The notes: a model not told the origin generated them from the sequence alone. A stretch of 38,197 bases of DNA from Chiloscyllium plagiosum (GCF_004010195.1 NC_057719.1:91294457-91332653), one strand, 5' to 3'; shown: positions 1 to 12,715, counted from the stretch's first letter. Translations and numbers: made by a program.

Positions 1-38
1 ACAGCACAGCAGGTCAGGCAGCATCTAGGGAACAGAAG

Positions 39-74
39 ATTCGACGTTTCGGGCACATGCCCTTCTTCAGGAAT
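39..74 (-). ncRNA. Minimal type I hammerhead ribozyme motif (family A), sense to the TTBK pre-mRNA
   Basis: Exact reverse complement of 145-180. Confidence 0.75.
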
Positions 75-144
75 GAGCAGAGAGTGTTCAGCAGGAGACC
101 CTCCTCCCTACCTTTTATCTTCTCCTGCTGAACACTCTCTGCTC

Positions 145-180
145 ATTCCTGAAGAAGGGCATGTGCCCGAAACGTCGAAT
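145..180 (+). ncRNA. Minimal type I hammerhead ribozyme motif (family A)
   Basis: ATTC-CTGAAGA-A-GGGC(ATGT)GCCC-GAAA-CG-TC^GAAT. Stem I ATTC/GAAT, intact core, palindromic ACGT stem III, GUC cleavage triplet. Confidence 0.75.
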
Positions 181-319
181 CTTCTGTTCCCTAGATGCTG
201 CCTGACCTGCTGTGCTGTTCCAGCAATAAAGTTTCAGCTTTGATCTCCAGCGTCTGCAGACCTCACTTTCTCCACAATTAAGTGACACCCACATCGCAAT
301 CAATTTAAAAAAAATAAAA

Positions 320-800
320 TGTCCTGGTCAAAACATGTCAAGGAGGACATTATGCACCAAAGCAGTACACCTGAGACTTGCCAGAAATGGGGAATTTTAG
401 CTGAGGAGAGATGGGACAAGCTAGGATTATTTTCTTTGGACCAGAAGAAGCTGAAGAGCAATTTAATTGTGGTGTATAAAAATACAAGGATACAATGGAA
501 AGATAGGACCCATTTCTATGAGCAGAGATGTCAAGATCCAGTGGGCAAATATGTAAACTAATTGGCAGAAGGATTTGAGGGGAGTTGAGCAATTATCTGC
601 CCACTAACAATATGGAGATCTGGAACTCTCTGCCTGAAAAGGGTAGTAGAGGAAGAAACCGTATTCATATATCACAAATACTGGGATATGAACTGCAAGC
701 ACCATAACCTGTTGGACTACAGATCAAGAGCAGAGAGGTAGAAGTAGGGTGGATAGCTCTTCAATCTGTATAGTCACACTGGGCCGAATGTTCTCTAGTG
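320..800 (+). mobile_element. Old CR1 LINE 3' fragment
   Basis: Translates to EERWDKLGLFSLDQKKLKSNLIVVYK, a CR1 ORF2 C-terminal motif, followed by a CR1-like 3' UTR. Confidence 0.7.
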
Positions 801-879
801 TAAAGTTTTGAAATGTTTCCCTAATAACCAATCATTCAGAAATACAATGACCAACTATTGCAAGAGAGAAACAAACTTA

Positions 880-1092
<213 letters not shown>

Positions 1093-1268
1093 TCATACAA
1101 AGCATAAAATAAGTTGGACATCTATTGCTGAACACAATTATAAAATCCACTGGTCATCAATTGCAAAGTCATTAAACAGTTACAACTTGTCGACATTAAA
1201 CAGTGAAAGAACAGCACTGATATTATTTAAGTCAGAATGAAGCTCCCCTCCAAGCTACACATCAATGT

Positions 1269-1612
1269 GGGGCAGCACGGTGACTCATTGATCAACACTG
1301 CTGCCTCACAGTACCAGGGACCAATGTTCAATTCCACCCTCAAGCAACTGTCTGTGTGGAGTTCCCACATTCTCCCCATGTCTGCGTGGGTTTCCTCCGG
1401 GTGCTCTGGTCTCCTCGCACAGTCCAAGAATGTGCAGGTTAGGTAGATTGACTGTGTTAAATTCTGCATAGTGTCCAAGGATGTGTAGGTTAGGTGGATT
1501 AGCCATGGGAAATACAAGGTTACAAGGATAGGGTAAGGTGGTGAGCTCTTCAGAGAGTAGGTGTGGACTTGTTGGGCTGAATGGCCTGTTTCCACAGTTT
1601 GCGACTTCTATG
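1269..1612 (+). mobile_element. HE1-type V-SINE
   Basis: tRNA-like head (ggggcagcacggtg...), V-core (tgtgtggagtt...tctgcgtgggtttcctccgggtgctc) and CR1-derived tail (gggctgaatggcctgtttcc). Confidence 0.85.
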
Positions 1613-1984
1613 AAAAGTGGTTCCCATGTATCTTTTGCCTCGGTCCTTTCAGACAGTGGAGGTCATGGGTTTAAAACCTTGGTAAGTTGCTGCAGCGGAT
1701 ATTGTAGATTGTATATACTGCAACTGTGCATTGGTGAAGAGACTGCATGGTCCAATCAAACAGGCTGCTTTGTTCCAGATGAGTGCTATAGGAACGTCAC
1801 ACTGAATGTGACCAAAATAAAGTAAAACTTTCCCTTCTTCAAGTTCTCTGCAGCCATGGAGACACAGTTAACCAAGCCATTCTCCTCAAAAGCATGGCAA
1901 ATGTTGTCAAGCTAAGTGGAGGTGGCCTCATTAGGTTTCATTCTTGTCTGATCACAGCAAAAGAATCACTCACCAATGGCTTCT

Positions 1985-2330
1985 CATCCTGATCCTGAAT
2001 ACTAACATCTGGTCAAATAGCATCCCTTTTAAAACTTTCACCCATTTGCAAATGTCTCCAAGGACTAGTCTTTCCCTATCTGAGTAACATCAGCATAACA
2101 TCAGAGAAACCTATGCTCTCTTAATTCTAGACTTGTGAATTCTTAATTTTAAATTGCTTCACCACTGAGTGCCATCCCTTTAGCTGCCTGCACCTTAAGC
2201 TCAGTAATTTCCCTTCTGCCATTCCACCTCACTTTTCAAGTTTAAGGTACTTCTTGAAACTCACCTCTATGACTAAGCTTTTGGTCATTTGAACTAATAT
2301 CTGCTCATTTGTTCAGTGTTGTATTTTGTT
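1985..2330 (+). mobile_element. Degenerate L2-like LINE 3' end
   Basis: ccctttagctgcctgcaccttaagctc...cttgaaactcacctctatgactaagctttt resembles the L2 ORF2 end (F..LLKTHLF). Confidence 0.5.
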
Positions 2331-2334
2331 TACA

Positions 2335-3310
2335 CCCAAGTTGCCACCCAAGTTGATTGGATTGTTAAGAAGGCGTATGGTACATTGGCTTTCAGTAGCA
2401 GGGTGATTGAGTTCAACAGTCATGAGGTTATGCTGCAGCTCTATAAAGCCCTAGTTAGACCACACTTGGAATATTGTGTTCCATTCTAATTGCCTCATTA
2501 TAGGATGGATGTGGAATATTTAAAGAGGGTGCGAAGGAGATTTACCAGGATGTTCCCTGGACTGGAGGGCATGTCTTATGAAGAAAGGTTGAGGGAACTA
2601 GGGCTTTTCTCATTGGAGCTAAGAAGGGTGAGAAGTGACTTGATAGAGATTTACACGCTGATGAGAGGCATAGATAGAGTGAATAGTCAGAGACTTTTTC
2701 CAGGACAGAAACGGCTATCACAAGGGGGCATAATATTAAGGTGATTGGAAGACGGTTTAGGGGAGATATCAGAGGTAGGTAGTGCATGGAATGCACTACC
2801 AGCAGTGGTTAGTAGAGTCAGATGCGTTAGGGAAATTTAAGCGTAACTCTTGGATAGGCACATGGATAATAGTACATTGAAAGGTATGATTAGATTAGAT
2901 TCCCTACAGTATGGAAACAGGCCCTTCGGCCCAACAAGTCCACACTGACCCTCCGAAGAGTAACCCACCACAACCCTATAACTACCCCTGCCTAATGCAC
3001 CTAACACTACGGACAATTTAATATGGCCAATTCATCTAACGTGCACATCTTTTGGATTGTGGGGGGAAACTGGAGCACCCGGAGGAAACCCATGCAGACA
3101 TGGGGAGAATGTGCAAACTCCACACAGACAGCTGCCAGAGGCTGGAATCGAACCTGGGTCCCTGGTGCTGTGAGGCAGCAGTGCTAACCACCGTGCCACC
3201 GTGCCGCCCCTGGTTAGTATGTAGGTTAGTTTGATCTCAGGATAGGATAAAAGGTTGGCACAACATTAAGGGCCGAAGGGCCTGTACTATGCTGTACTGT
3301 TCTATGTTCT
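2335..3310 (+). mobile_element. CR1 LINE 3' fragment interrupted by an HE1 SINE
   Basis: RRFTRMFPGLEGMSYEERLRELGLFSLE motif. The 3' UTR ends gggccgaagggcctgtact...ttctatgttct. Confidence 0.9.
2888..3210 (-). mobile_element. HE1-type V-SINE
   Basis: Reverse complement of the HE1 head, V-core and tail with (tctaa)n. Confidence 0.88.
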
Positions 3311-3334
3311 TTTAACTCAGGCTACTGAGTCCTA

Positions 3335-4075
3335 GAGTCATACAGTCATAGAGATGTACAGCATGGAAACAAACCCTTCGGTCCCACCTGTCCACGCCAA
3401 CCAGATATCCCAACCCAAACTAGGCCCTCCTGCCAGCACCCGGCCCATATCACTCCAAACCCTTCCTATTCATATACCCATCCAAAGGCCTCTCACATGT
3501 TGCAATTGTACCAGCCTCCAACACTTCCTCTGGCAGCTCATTCCATACACCTACCACCCTCTGCGTGAAAAAGTTGCCCCGTAGGTCTCTTTTATATCTT
3601 TCCCCTCTCACCCTAAACCTATGCCCTCTAGTTCTGAACTCCCCGATCTCAAGGAAAAGACTTTGCCTATTTATCCTATCAATGCCCCTCATAACCTCTA
3701 TAAGGTCACACCTCAGCCTCCGACGCTCCAGGGAAAACAGCCCCAGCCTGTTCAGCCTCTCCCTATAGCTCAAATCCTCCAACCCTGGCAACATCCTTGT
3801 AAATCTTTTTTGAACGCTCTCAATTTTCACAACATCTTTCAGATAGGAAGGAGACCAGAATTGCACGCAATATTCCAACAGTGGCCTAACCAATGTCCTG
3901 TGCAGCCACAACATGACCTCCCAACTCCTGTACTCAATACTCTGACCAATAAAGGAAAGCATACCAAACACCTTCTTCACTATCCTATCTACCTGTGACT
4001 CCACTTTCAAGGAGCTATGAACCTGCACTCCAAGGTCTCTGTTCAGCAACACTCCCTAGGAGCTTACCATTAAGT
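3335..4075 (-). mobile_element. CR1 (HER1-type) LINE 3' fragment
   Basis: ORF 3450-4052: RDLGVQVHSSLK...VRPLLEYCVQFWSP...RLRCDLIEV; tail (tctatgac)n. Confidence 0.92.
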
Positions 4076-4079
4076 GTTT

Positions 4080-4455
4080 TGGAACTTTGAGTCCTGGCAA
4101 CATCCTTGTAAATTTCTTCTGCACTCTTTCCAATTTAATAATATCTTTCCTATAACAAGGTGACCAAAACTGAACACAATACTCCAAATGCAGCCTCACC
4201 AATGTCCTGTACAACTGCAACATAACTTCCCAACTTCTCTACTCAATGCCCTGACTGATGAAAGTCAGTGTATCAAAAGCCTTCTTCACAGCCCAGTGTA
4301 CTTGTGACTCTATTTTCAGAGAAGTGTGAACCTGAACTCCAAGATCCCTCTGTTCCACTACACTGCTTAAGGCCTTACCGTTCACCATGAAACTCCTACC
4401 TTCATTTGACTTTCCAAAATGCCAGACCTCACATTTATCTATATTAAACTCCATC
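4080..4455 (-). mobile_element. CR1 LINE fragment (RT C-terminal region)
   Basis: QMEFNIDKCEVWHFGKSN...EQRDLGVQVH. Confidence 0.88.
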
Positions 4456-5412
4456 TGTTGGAACAAGGCAAATGGAAAAGTCCCTGAGGCCATATTCATC
4501 CTAGCCAGTGACTTCGATCAGGCCAGCCTCACAGGTTCTACCAGAATTCTATTGCACGTCCCACCAGGGGACCAAATGTCCTTGACCATTGCTACACAAC
4601 CATACCGCATCCGCACTTCAGAAAATCAGATCCCAATGCTCTGTTCCTCCTCACGTTACAACTTTTGAGTGTAATCTGGGAAGACCCAGCACAGAAGGTC
4701 GTACAATGCTGGTTTGAGACAGCGGAAGAACTTGTAGGACTGCTAGGCATCAGTGGACGAGTCCATATTCAAGAACTCAGCACCCAACCTAGGCAAGTAC
4801 ATCATCCCTGTTGTGCTTTCATTAGCAAGTGCATAGAGGACAATGTGCCAAAGAAGTCAATGTGTCTGCTCCCCAGCTGAAAACCACATAGGAACCAGGA
4901 AATCCATTGCCTGCTGAAGACCAGGAGTGCAGTGTTCAAGTCGGATGACCCAGACCTTTACAGGAAATCCAGATACAACTTCTGCAAGGCCATTAGAGAT
5001 GCCAAGAGGCAATACCAGACCAAGCTGGAGACCCAAACTAATCACACGGACATCTGCCGACTGTGGCAAGGTTTACACGACATAATGGGACACAAAATGA
5101 AGCAGAACAGAATAGCAGACAAAAACACATCCCTTCCCCATGCACTCATTGCTTTTTATGCTCAATTTGAGCAGAATGCCAGCGAAAGAATGTCACCTGC
5201 CCACAGCCCCGGATGTACCTAATCTCTCAGTCACTGCTGCAGATGTCAGATCAGCCTTCTCGAGTCTGAACCCAAGGAAAGCAACTGGTCCAGATGGAGT
5301 CCCTGGCCATGCACTGAGATCCTGTGTGGACCAGCTGGTGAGACTATTTGCTAACATCTTTAACTTCCCCTTGCTACAATCTGAAGTGCAAGAAGACCTC
5401 CATCATCCCAGT
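4456..5412 (+). mobile_element. Rex1/Babar non-LTR retrotransposon fragment (endonuclease end to start of RT), decayed
   Basis: FILASDFDQA, RYNFCKAIRDAKRQYQTKLE, KATGPDGVPGHALRSCVDQL and KKTSIIPV across frameshifts. Confidence 0.8.
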
Positions 5413-7835
5413 TATCAGAGTCATAGAGATCTATAACACAGAAAAAGACCCTTCAATCCCTCGAATCTATATCCCATTTTCCAGTAATTGGGCCATTGCC
5501 TCATATGCCTTGGCATTGCAAGTGCTCATCTAAATACGACTAACATGTTATGAGGGTTTCTGCCTTTACCACCCTTTACAGGCAGAAAGTTCCAGATTCA
5601 TAGAACATAGAACAGTACAGCACAGAACAGGCCCTTCAGCCCACGATGTTGTGCCGACCATTGATCCTCATGTAAGGTAAACCTAATGTACAAACTCTCA
5701 AATTTCTGTGACCATATGCATGTCCAGCAGTCTCTTAAATATCCCCAATGACCTCGCTTCCACAACTGCTGCTGGCAACGCATTCCATGCTCTCACAACT
5801 CTCTGTGTAAAGAACCCACCTCTGACATCTCCTCTATACTTTCCACCAAACAGCTTAAAACTATGACCACTTGTGTTAACAATTTCTGCCCTGGGAAAAA
5901 GTTGCTGACTATCAACTCTATCTATGCCTCTCATTATCTTGTACACCTCAATTAGGTCCCCTCTCTTCTTTCTTTTTTCCAATGAAAAACGTCCGAGCTC
6001 AGTCAACCTCTCTTCATAAGATAAGCCCTCCATTACAGGCAGCATCCTGGTAAACTTCCTCTGAACCCTCTCCAAAGCATCCACATCTTTCTTATAATAG
6101 GGCGACCAGAACTAGACACAGTATTCCAAGTGCGGTCTAACCAAAGTTTTATAGAGCTGCAACAAGATCTCATGCCTCTTAAACTCAATCCCCCTGTTAA
6201 TGAAAGCCAAAACACCATATGCTTTCTTAACAAACCTGTCCACCTGGGTGGCCATTTTAAGGGATCTATGTACCTGCACCCCAAGATCCCACTGTTCCTC
6301 GCTGATCCTGCCAAGAATCTTGTCTTTAATCCTGTACTCAACTTTCAAATTCAACCTTCCAAAATGCATCACCTCGCATTTATCCAGGTTAAACTCCATC
6401 TGCCATCTCTCAGCCCACCTCTGCATCCTGTCAATGTCACGCTGCAGCCTACAACAGTCCTCTATACTGTCAACGACACCTCCAACCTTTGTGTCATCTG
6501 CAAACTTGCTAACCCATCCTTCAATCTCCTCATCCAAGTCATTAATAACAATTACAAAGAGTAGAGGCCCAAGAACAGAGCCCTGTGGAACACCACTCAC
6601 CACTGACTTCCAAGCAGAATATTTTCTTTCCACTACCATTCGCTTCTTCTGTCGACCAGCCAATTCTGTATCCAGACAGCTATGTTCTCCTGAATCCCAT
6701 TCCTCCTGACCTTCTGAACGAGCCTACCATGGGGAACCTTATCCTTATTGGAGCCTTATTGAAGTCCATATACACAACATCCACCACTCGACCCTCATCA
6801 ACTTGTCTAGTAACATCCTCAAAGAACTCAATAAGATTTGTGAGGCATGACCTGCCCCTCACAAAGCTGTGCTGACTGCCTTTAATCATGCCATGCTCTT
6901 CCAGATGGTCATAAATCCTATCCCTCAGAATCCTTTCTAACACCTTGCACACGACAGACGTGAGACTGACTGGTCTGTAATTGCCAGGGATTTCCCTATT
7001 TCCTTTCTTGGAGAGGAATTACATTTGCCGCCCTCCAGCCCTCCTTCCTGCCCGCTTCTGAGTGAAAAAGTTGTCTTCACATCTCCTCAAAACCTTCTGC
7101 CTGTCACCTTGAATCTATGCCCTCTGGTCAGTGATCGCTTCACCAAAGAGAAATGTTCCTTCCTTTCTTTCCTGTCTATGCCCCTCATGATTTTATACAT
7201 CTCAATCATGTATCCCCTCTGCTCAAAGGAAAACAATTCCAATCTCTCTTCATACCTAAAATTCTCCAGTCCAGGCAACATCCAGGTAAATCTCTTCTTC
7301 ACTCTCCCCACTGCAATTACATCCCTCCTGTAACGTGGATTCCAGAACTCCACACAAAACTCTAATTGTGGCCAACCAACCTTTTATACAGTTTCACCTC
7401 CCTGCTCTCCTAAACTCTATGACTTGGCTAATAAAGGCAAGATTCCTCCTTAATCATTTCATTTACCTGATCTGATGCCTTATGGGACCGGTGTATGTGC
7501 ACACTAATATTCCTCTGATCCTCGGTGCTTCCTAGATTCTACCATTCATCATGTTTTTCTTTGCTTTGTTTGTCCTACTCAAATGCATCAACTTACACCT
7601 ATCCAGAGTGAATTCCACTGATCAGCCCACCTGACTAGCCTGTCTATACCTTTGTAATCTAAGGCTATCCTCACTATTTAGCACCTCATCAATTTTTGTA
7701 ACAGCTGTGATCAACCCTTCTATATTCAAGTCTAAATTATTTAGATATATCACAAACAGCAATGCTGCAACAGTGATCCCTACAAAACCCCAGTGGACAC
7801 AGGCTTTTAATCACAAACACACCTCTTAACCATTA
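5413..7835 (-). mobile_element. Older CR1 LINE, split by the 5598-7026 insertion
   Basis: 3' end at 5413-5597; resumes near 7027 with KRFTWMLPGLENFRYEERL...TRGHRFK. Confidence 0.75.
5598..7026 (-). mobile_element. Young CR1 LINE, 5'-truncated (RT domain to 3' end), nested in an older CR1
   Basis: SCLTNLIEFFE, SGVPQGSVLGPLLF, KFADDTK and RPHLEYCV with a few frameshifts; (ttctatg)n tail. Confidence 0.95.
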
Positions 7836-7844
7836 CCCTCTGCT

Positions 7845-8170
7845 TTTTCTTCATTCACTCATAGGCCATGGGTGTCAGTGGCTGGCCAGCATTTCTTGCC
7901 CTTTTCTTAAAAAAAGGTGCTGAGCTGCATTCTTGAACTGCTGCAGTTCACACGCTGCAAATTAACCCACAATGTCCTTAGGGAGAGACTTCCAGGATTG
8001 TGATCCGGCGATATGTTTTGAAGTCAGGATGATGAATAACTTGGAGGGAACTTGCAAGTGGTGATGTTCCCACGTTAGGCTTGCCCTTCTAGATTAAAGT
8101 GGTCTTGAGATTGGAAGGTACAGTACTTTCTAAGAATCTTGGGTGAATTTCTGCAGAGTATCCTGTCACT
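7845..8170 (-). mobile_element. LINE 3' end (CR1/L2 group), same family as 17845-18160
   Basis: Reverse complement shares agaagggcaag...gggaacatcaccacttgcaagttccctccaag...ctgacttc and the gggcaagaaatgctggcc tail. Confidence 0.6.
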
Positions 8171-8370
8171 CAACAACTGTGAATCTAATTCGCCAAATGT
8201 CCTTGGATTGCATGGGCTCTCAGTCTCAAATCCTTATGCCCCCTGGTTCTGAACTCCCCAACCTAAGGAAAGGACTTTTGCTATTCACCTTATCTCTGCC
8301 CTTCATGAGTTTATAAACCTCCATAGGCGAAACGTAATATGCTCCGGTGAAAAAAATCCCAACTTATCCA

Positions 8371-8500
8371 GGAGAAAGTTAGGACTGTAGATGCTGGAGA
8401 TCTGAGTCAAGTGTGTGGTGCTGGAAAAGCACAGCCAGTCAGGCAGCATCCAAGGAGCAAGAGAATCAATGTTTCAGGCATAAGCCCTTCATTAGAAATG
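8371..8500 (-). mobile_element. PLE terminal repeat, family A, single copy with decayed hammerhead
   Basis: Minus strand reads CTAATGA-A-GGGC-TTAT-GCCT-GAAA-CATT...gatgctgcctgactggctg. Confidence 0.7.
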
Positions 8501-8521
8501 CACTCAATAACGCAAACCCTC

Positions 8522-8759
8522 CAAAGTTAAAAATCTCACAACACTAGGTTATAGACCAACAGGTTGATTTGGAAACACCAGCTTTCAGAGCGATGTTCCT
8601 TCATCAGGTGGGTGCGGACACTTGATGAAGTCCACAACCACCTGAAGGAGCAGCGCTCCGAAAGCTAGTGCTTCCAAATCAACCTGTTGGACTATGACCT
8701 GCTGTTGTGTGATTGTTAACTTTGTACACCCTAGTCCAACACTGGCCTCTCCAAATCAT
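8522..8759. mobile_element. PLE terminal-repeat element, family B, inverted pair
   Basis: Diverged inverted arms, a 35-nt one-sided tail, and a TSD-like pair caaaccctcca (8513) / caaatcctcca (8760). Both hammerheads are mutated. Confidence 0.78.
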
Positions 8760-9011
8760 CAAATCCTCCAGGTTAGGCAACATCCTGGTAAATATTTTTT
8801 AATCTTCTCTAATTTAATAACATCCATCCTATACCAGGGCAACACAGTATTCCAAAAGTGGCCTCACCAATGTCCTGTACAACCTCAACATGAAGTACCA
8901 ACTCCTAATAATAGCATTAGGTTAGAGAAGTTGGGATTGTTCTCTTTGAAGAAAGAAGATTTGATCGATTGTATAATATTATAACAGATCAGATTTAGAT
9001 AAGGCAAACAT

Positions 9012-10741
9012 GAGCCATGTGTACTTGGAATTGTGGCTAGATGAGGATTCCCGGAAGTATGCCACAATTATTACCCATAATGGTTTATACCAACACATGA
9101 GACTGCCATTTGGGATATCATTAGCATGTGAGATTTTTTAGCAAACAATGGACAGCATTTTATAAGGTCACCATTAATTAGACAATGTGCTATAACAGGG
9201 AAGACCAATAAGTAGCACTGAGAGAACTTGGACAGAGTGCTTAGACGTTTCTTCCAGGCAGGCATAAGCCACAGAGGGAAAATTGTGTGTTTCAGACACC
9301 CCAGGTGACTCATTTGGGCTACAGAGTCAACAAAACCAGGTTACACCCATTGGAAGATAGAGAGGATGATCAAAAGTACCCTGGCTTCCATATCAGGAGC
9401 TTAGGTCTTTCCTTGGATTGGTGAATTATTATGGAAAGTACATATGTAACAAATTCATAAACTTCCATTCTGGCACCTTTGCATCAACTCTTTAAAAAAA
9501 GGGACACCCTGGGAAATGGTTGCGTAACCAAGCCATAGCTTTCAGAGAAGTGAAGAAATGGCCACTATACTCTAAAGTGTTGGCACAATGATCCGAAGAG
9601 ATATCTTGTACTAACATTCGATGCCTCCCATATGGTATATCATCGGGACAGTATTATCTCATAGGAAGTCCAATGGAGAAGAATGCCCAAAAATGTATGC
9701 ATCCAGGACTTTGGTAATGCACCTAGATAGAAAAGGAAGGTTTGGTGGTCACATTTGGAGTCATGAGGTTCCACCAATAGCTTTGCTGATGTAAATTTGT
9801 AATAACAGACCCCTGCTTGGTCTACTTAAAGACGACAAGGCAGTGTCACCCTTAGGTTCAGACCAAATTCAGTGGTGAGCTCTAATATTAAGTGAGTTAA
9901 TACAAATTGGACCACCATCCAGGAGGCCGAGTAGCCGATGTATGCATTGAGCCACCTCCCATTGGCAGACAAACCACTGGTGGTACTGCCACTGGAAGAG
10001 TCTGTAATGGCACCAGGAACTCCAATGCCAGGCACAAGGCTCTGCTAAGCAAGAGAGATAATTTACTCCAGGAGACGAAGTTTGGTGTAGGAACCATGGG
10101 AATTGCCCTGCATGGTTAAGAAGCATGGTTGACACAAGGTCAGGTTTAATGACATATAAATTTTGGGTAGGTGTGATGTTCCTGACAAGCACATGGATTA
10201 TACGAAAGCTGCAAAATCATAAGCAGTGCAGGAGTGAAGTGTGCCCGGCTCCTCGACAGCCTTTCTGACTATTTTGAAAGCCATGGGCTCTCCCGCTCTG
10301 CCAAGTATTGAAGAATCCTCAGAATCAAAGATGAACATGGCAGATGTCACCTCCTCGATGTCTCTGCCTACTGAAGAGAATGACTTTCTTCCAAGACACT
10401 GCAGGACACAAGAGATGAGCTACTATGCATTACACGGCATCCGTATCGTGGGCAAATTTGGAGGAACCTGGCCCAGTGTTAAAACACCCCAGGAGGTGCT
10501 ACAAAACAAAGAGAACCAACCTATCACCTCAATCAGAGGGGAAGGGATGCAACAATTGTAGTAAGGTCAGCTGTGCACCTCACACAAAAGGAATTCCCTG
10601 ATTGAACCAGATTAACAGCCCTATTCAGGGAACCCTGGCTGTCAGATAAGAACAGGCTTATCAGACATCCTATTCATTGAGGGAAATGGATCAGTGTCAA
10701 GGACTCGGTGATGGGATATCAGCTTCTGTGGAGTTATTTCA
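9012..10741 (+). mobile_element. Decayed Ty3/Gypsy LTR retrotransposon (RT, RNase H, partial integrase end, polypurine tract, 3' LTR)
   Basis: LDEDSRKYATIITHNGLYQHMRLPFGIS; DASPYG...YASRTL...IEKEGL; polypurine tract agaggggaaggga (10535-10547) then TG...CA, LTR about 10548-10741. Flanked by plus-strand CR1 pieces. Confidence 0.85.
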
Positions 10742-11106
10742 CCGGGGATTTGTTGGACGTGAGTGCGGTGGATCTAGACACAATTAATGATTTCAAAAGG
10801 AAACTGGATGCCATTTGAAGGGAATAAACTTGCAGGGCCATGAAAATAAAAGGAAGGACTGGGGCTGATTGGATTGCTCATGGAGAGCTGGACTGGACTC
10901 GGAGTTGAATAACCTTCTTTTGTACTGTAATGATTTGATGATGCTAAGACTTATAGCAGCCGGACCTGGACATACATTCAGCGTGTTCAATGCCGGTGAA
11001 TCATATTCTGGAACTTTGGGAATACTTTCACTGCAAAAATAGAAGCTAGAATATATGAGCAGGAGTCGATCCTTCAGCTTTTTAAGTCTGCTCCAATATT
11101 CAATAT

Positions 11107-11628
11107 AGAGTCATAGAGATGTACAGCATGAAAACAGACCCTTCAGTGCAACTCATCCATACCAACCAGATATCCCAACCTAATCTAGCCCTTTGCCAGC
11201 ACTTTGCCAGCATTTGACCCGTATCCCTCTAAACCCTTCCTATTCATATATCTAAATACCTGCAATTGTACCAGCCTCCACCACTTCCCCTGGCAGCTTG
11301 GTCCATACATGCACCATCACGTGAAAACGTTGCTCCTTAGGTCCCTTTTATATCTTTCCCCTCTCACTCTAAACCTATGCCCTCTTGTTCTGGACTCTCC
11401 ACCCCAGGAAAAACACCTTGTCTATTTATCCTATCTATGCCCCTCATGATTTTATAAACCTCTGAGGTCAGCCTTCGACGCTCCAGGAAAAAACAGCCCC
11501 AGCCTATTCAGCCTCTCTCTATAACGCAAATCCTCCAATTCTGCCAACATCCTTGTAAATCTTCTCTGAACCCGTTCATATTTCACAACATCCTTCCGAT
11601 AGGAAGGAGACCCGAACTGCATGCAATA
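11107..11628 (-). mobile_element. CR1 (HER1-type) 3' fragment
   Basis: Colinear with 3335-3870. Confidence 0.9.
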
Positions 11629-11889
11629 TTATCTGTTTCTGTGCTGTGACCTCTCCCAAACAGGTTCCTCCAAGATCAGTTTGTGAATTTCGCTTTGTTT
11701 AGTTTTCCTTGACACACTCCGATGTCCAGTGATACATGAATTCCAACAGCAAAGCAGATTCACTGCTGTGTCAGTTAGCAGTGAGTTTCTTTGTCTTTCT
11801 CCCTTACAGACCATGTGCTTGCTGCCTTTGCCAGTCTTTCTCTCTTTTAAAAGTGCTGTTATTTTGACTTTTTTTAGGCTAATCACTCA

Positions 11890-12715
11890 ACTCAGTGCCC
11901 TTTTTTCAAGATCCCACCCACCTTGCCAAATTGGTATAAACCTCCCCAAGGATGCTGGTCCTATTCTGTCTCAGTTACAATCCGTCAAATTTGTACAGGT
12001 CCAAATACCCCCAAAAATAGTCTCAATGGCCCAGAAATCTAAAGCACTCCCACCTGCATCATCTGTCGAGCCACTTATTCATCTGGACTACCCACCTATT
12101 TCTATACTCACTAACTCATGGGACCAGAAATAATCCAGAGATTACTACCTTTTCAGTCCTGTTTTTTATAATAGGATCATTGAATCCGTATGTGGAAACA
12201 GGCCATTTGGCCCAACAAGTCCAAAGAGTAAACCACCCAGACCCATCCCCCTACCCTATTACTCTACATTTACACCTGACTAATGCGCCTAACTTACACA
12301 TCCCTGAACACAATGAGACAATTTAGCATGGCCTATTTACTTAACCTGCACATCTTTGGTCTGTGGGAGGAAACCAGAGCACCTGGAGAAAACCCACGCA
12401 GACACTGGGAGAATGGGCAAACTCCACACAGACAGTGCAGAGGCTGGAATCGAACCCGGTCCCTGGCGCTGTGATGCAGCAATGCTAACCACTGAGCCAC
12501 CGTGCTGCCCTTTAATCTACTTCCTAGCTTTTTAAATTCCATTTGCTGGATCTCATCCTGGAGTCTCTCTTGCAGCTGTTCCCCTTGTGATTGAATTCCT
12601 GACCACTCTAATCCTGCCATTCTTCTTCCACCCTGCTTGAGCAGCAGAGCCACCCACAGTGCCATGAAGTTGACTGCCACTGTTTTTTCCTGCACAGTCA
12701 TTACCTGGAGTGAAA
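11890..12715 (-). mobile_element. CR1 ORF1 remnant (SGNH esterase-like), interrupted by HE1
   Basis: EFKKLGSRLK / RTEKVVISGL...NKWL...FRFLGH...WDLYKFDGL, typical of CR1 ORF1 esterase domains. Confidence 0.65.
12172..12510 (-). mobile_element. HE1-type V-SINE
   Basis: Minus strand begins gggcagcacggtggctcagtggttagca; B-box ggttcgattcc; V-core. Confidence 0.88.

Larger units (their letters stand above)
1..273. mobile_element. PLE terminal-repeat element, family A, inverted pair (left end cut off by the window)
   Basis: Perfect 98-bp inverted repeat (1-98 vs 121-218, 22-bp spacer). Same sequence family as 8371, 17068, 21133 and 27251. Carries a hammerhead motif. Confidence 0.75.
8235..8910 (-). 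mobile_element. CR1 fragment hosting two PLE terminal-repeat insertions
   Basis: CR1 sequence at 8235-8370, 8501-8521 and 8760-8910 is colinear with the 3335-4075 copy. Confidence 0.75.

Noticed and set aside
6130..6709. Long antisense ORFs, repeated at 14401-14962
   Set aside because: Shadow frames of CR1 ORF2; their similarity simply reflects the repeat.
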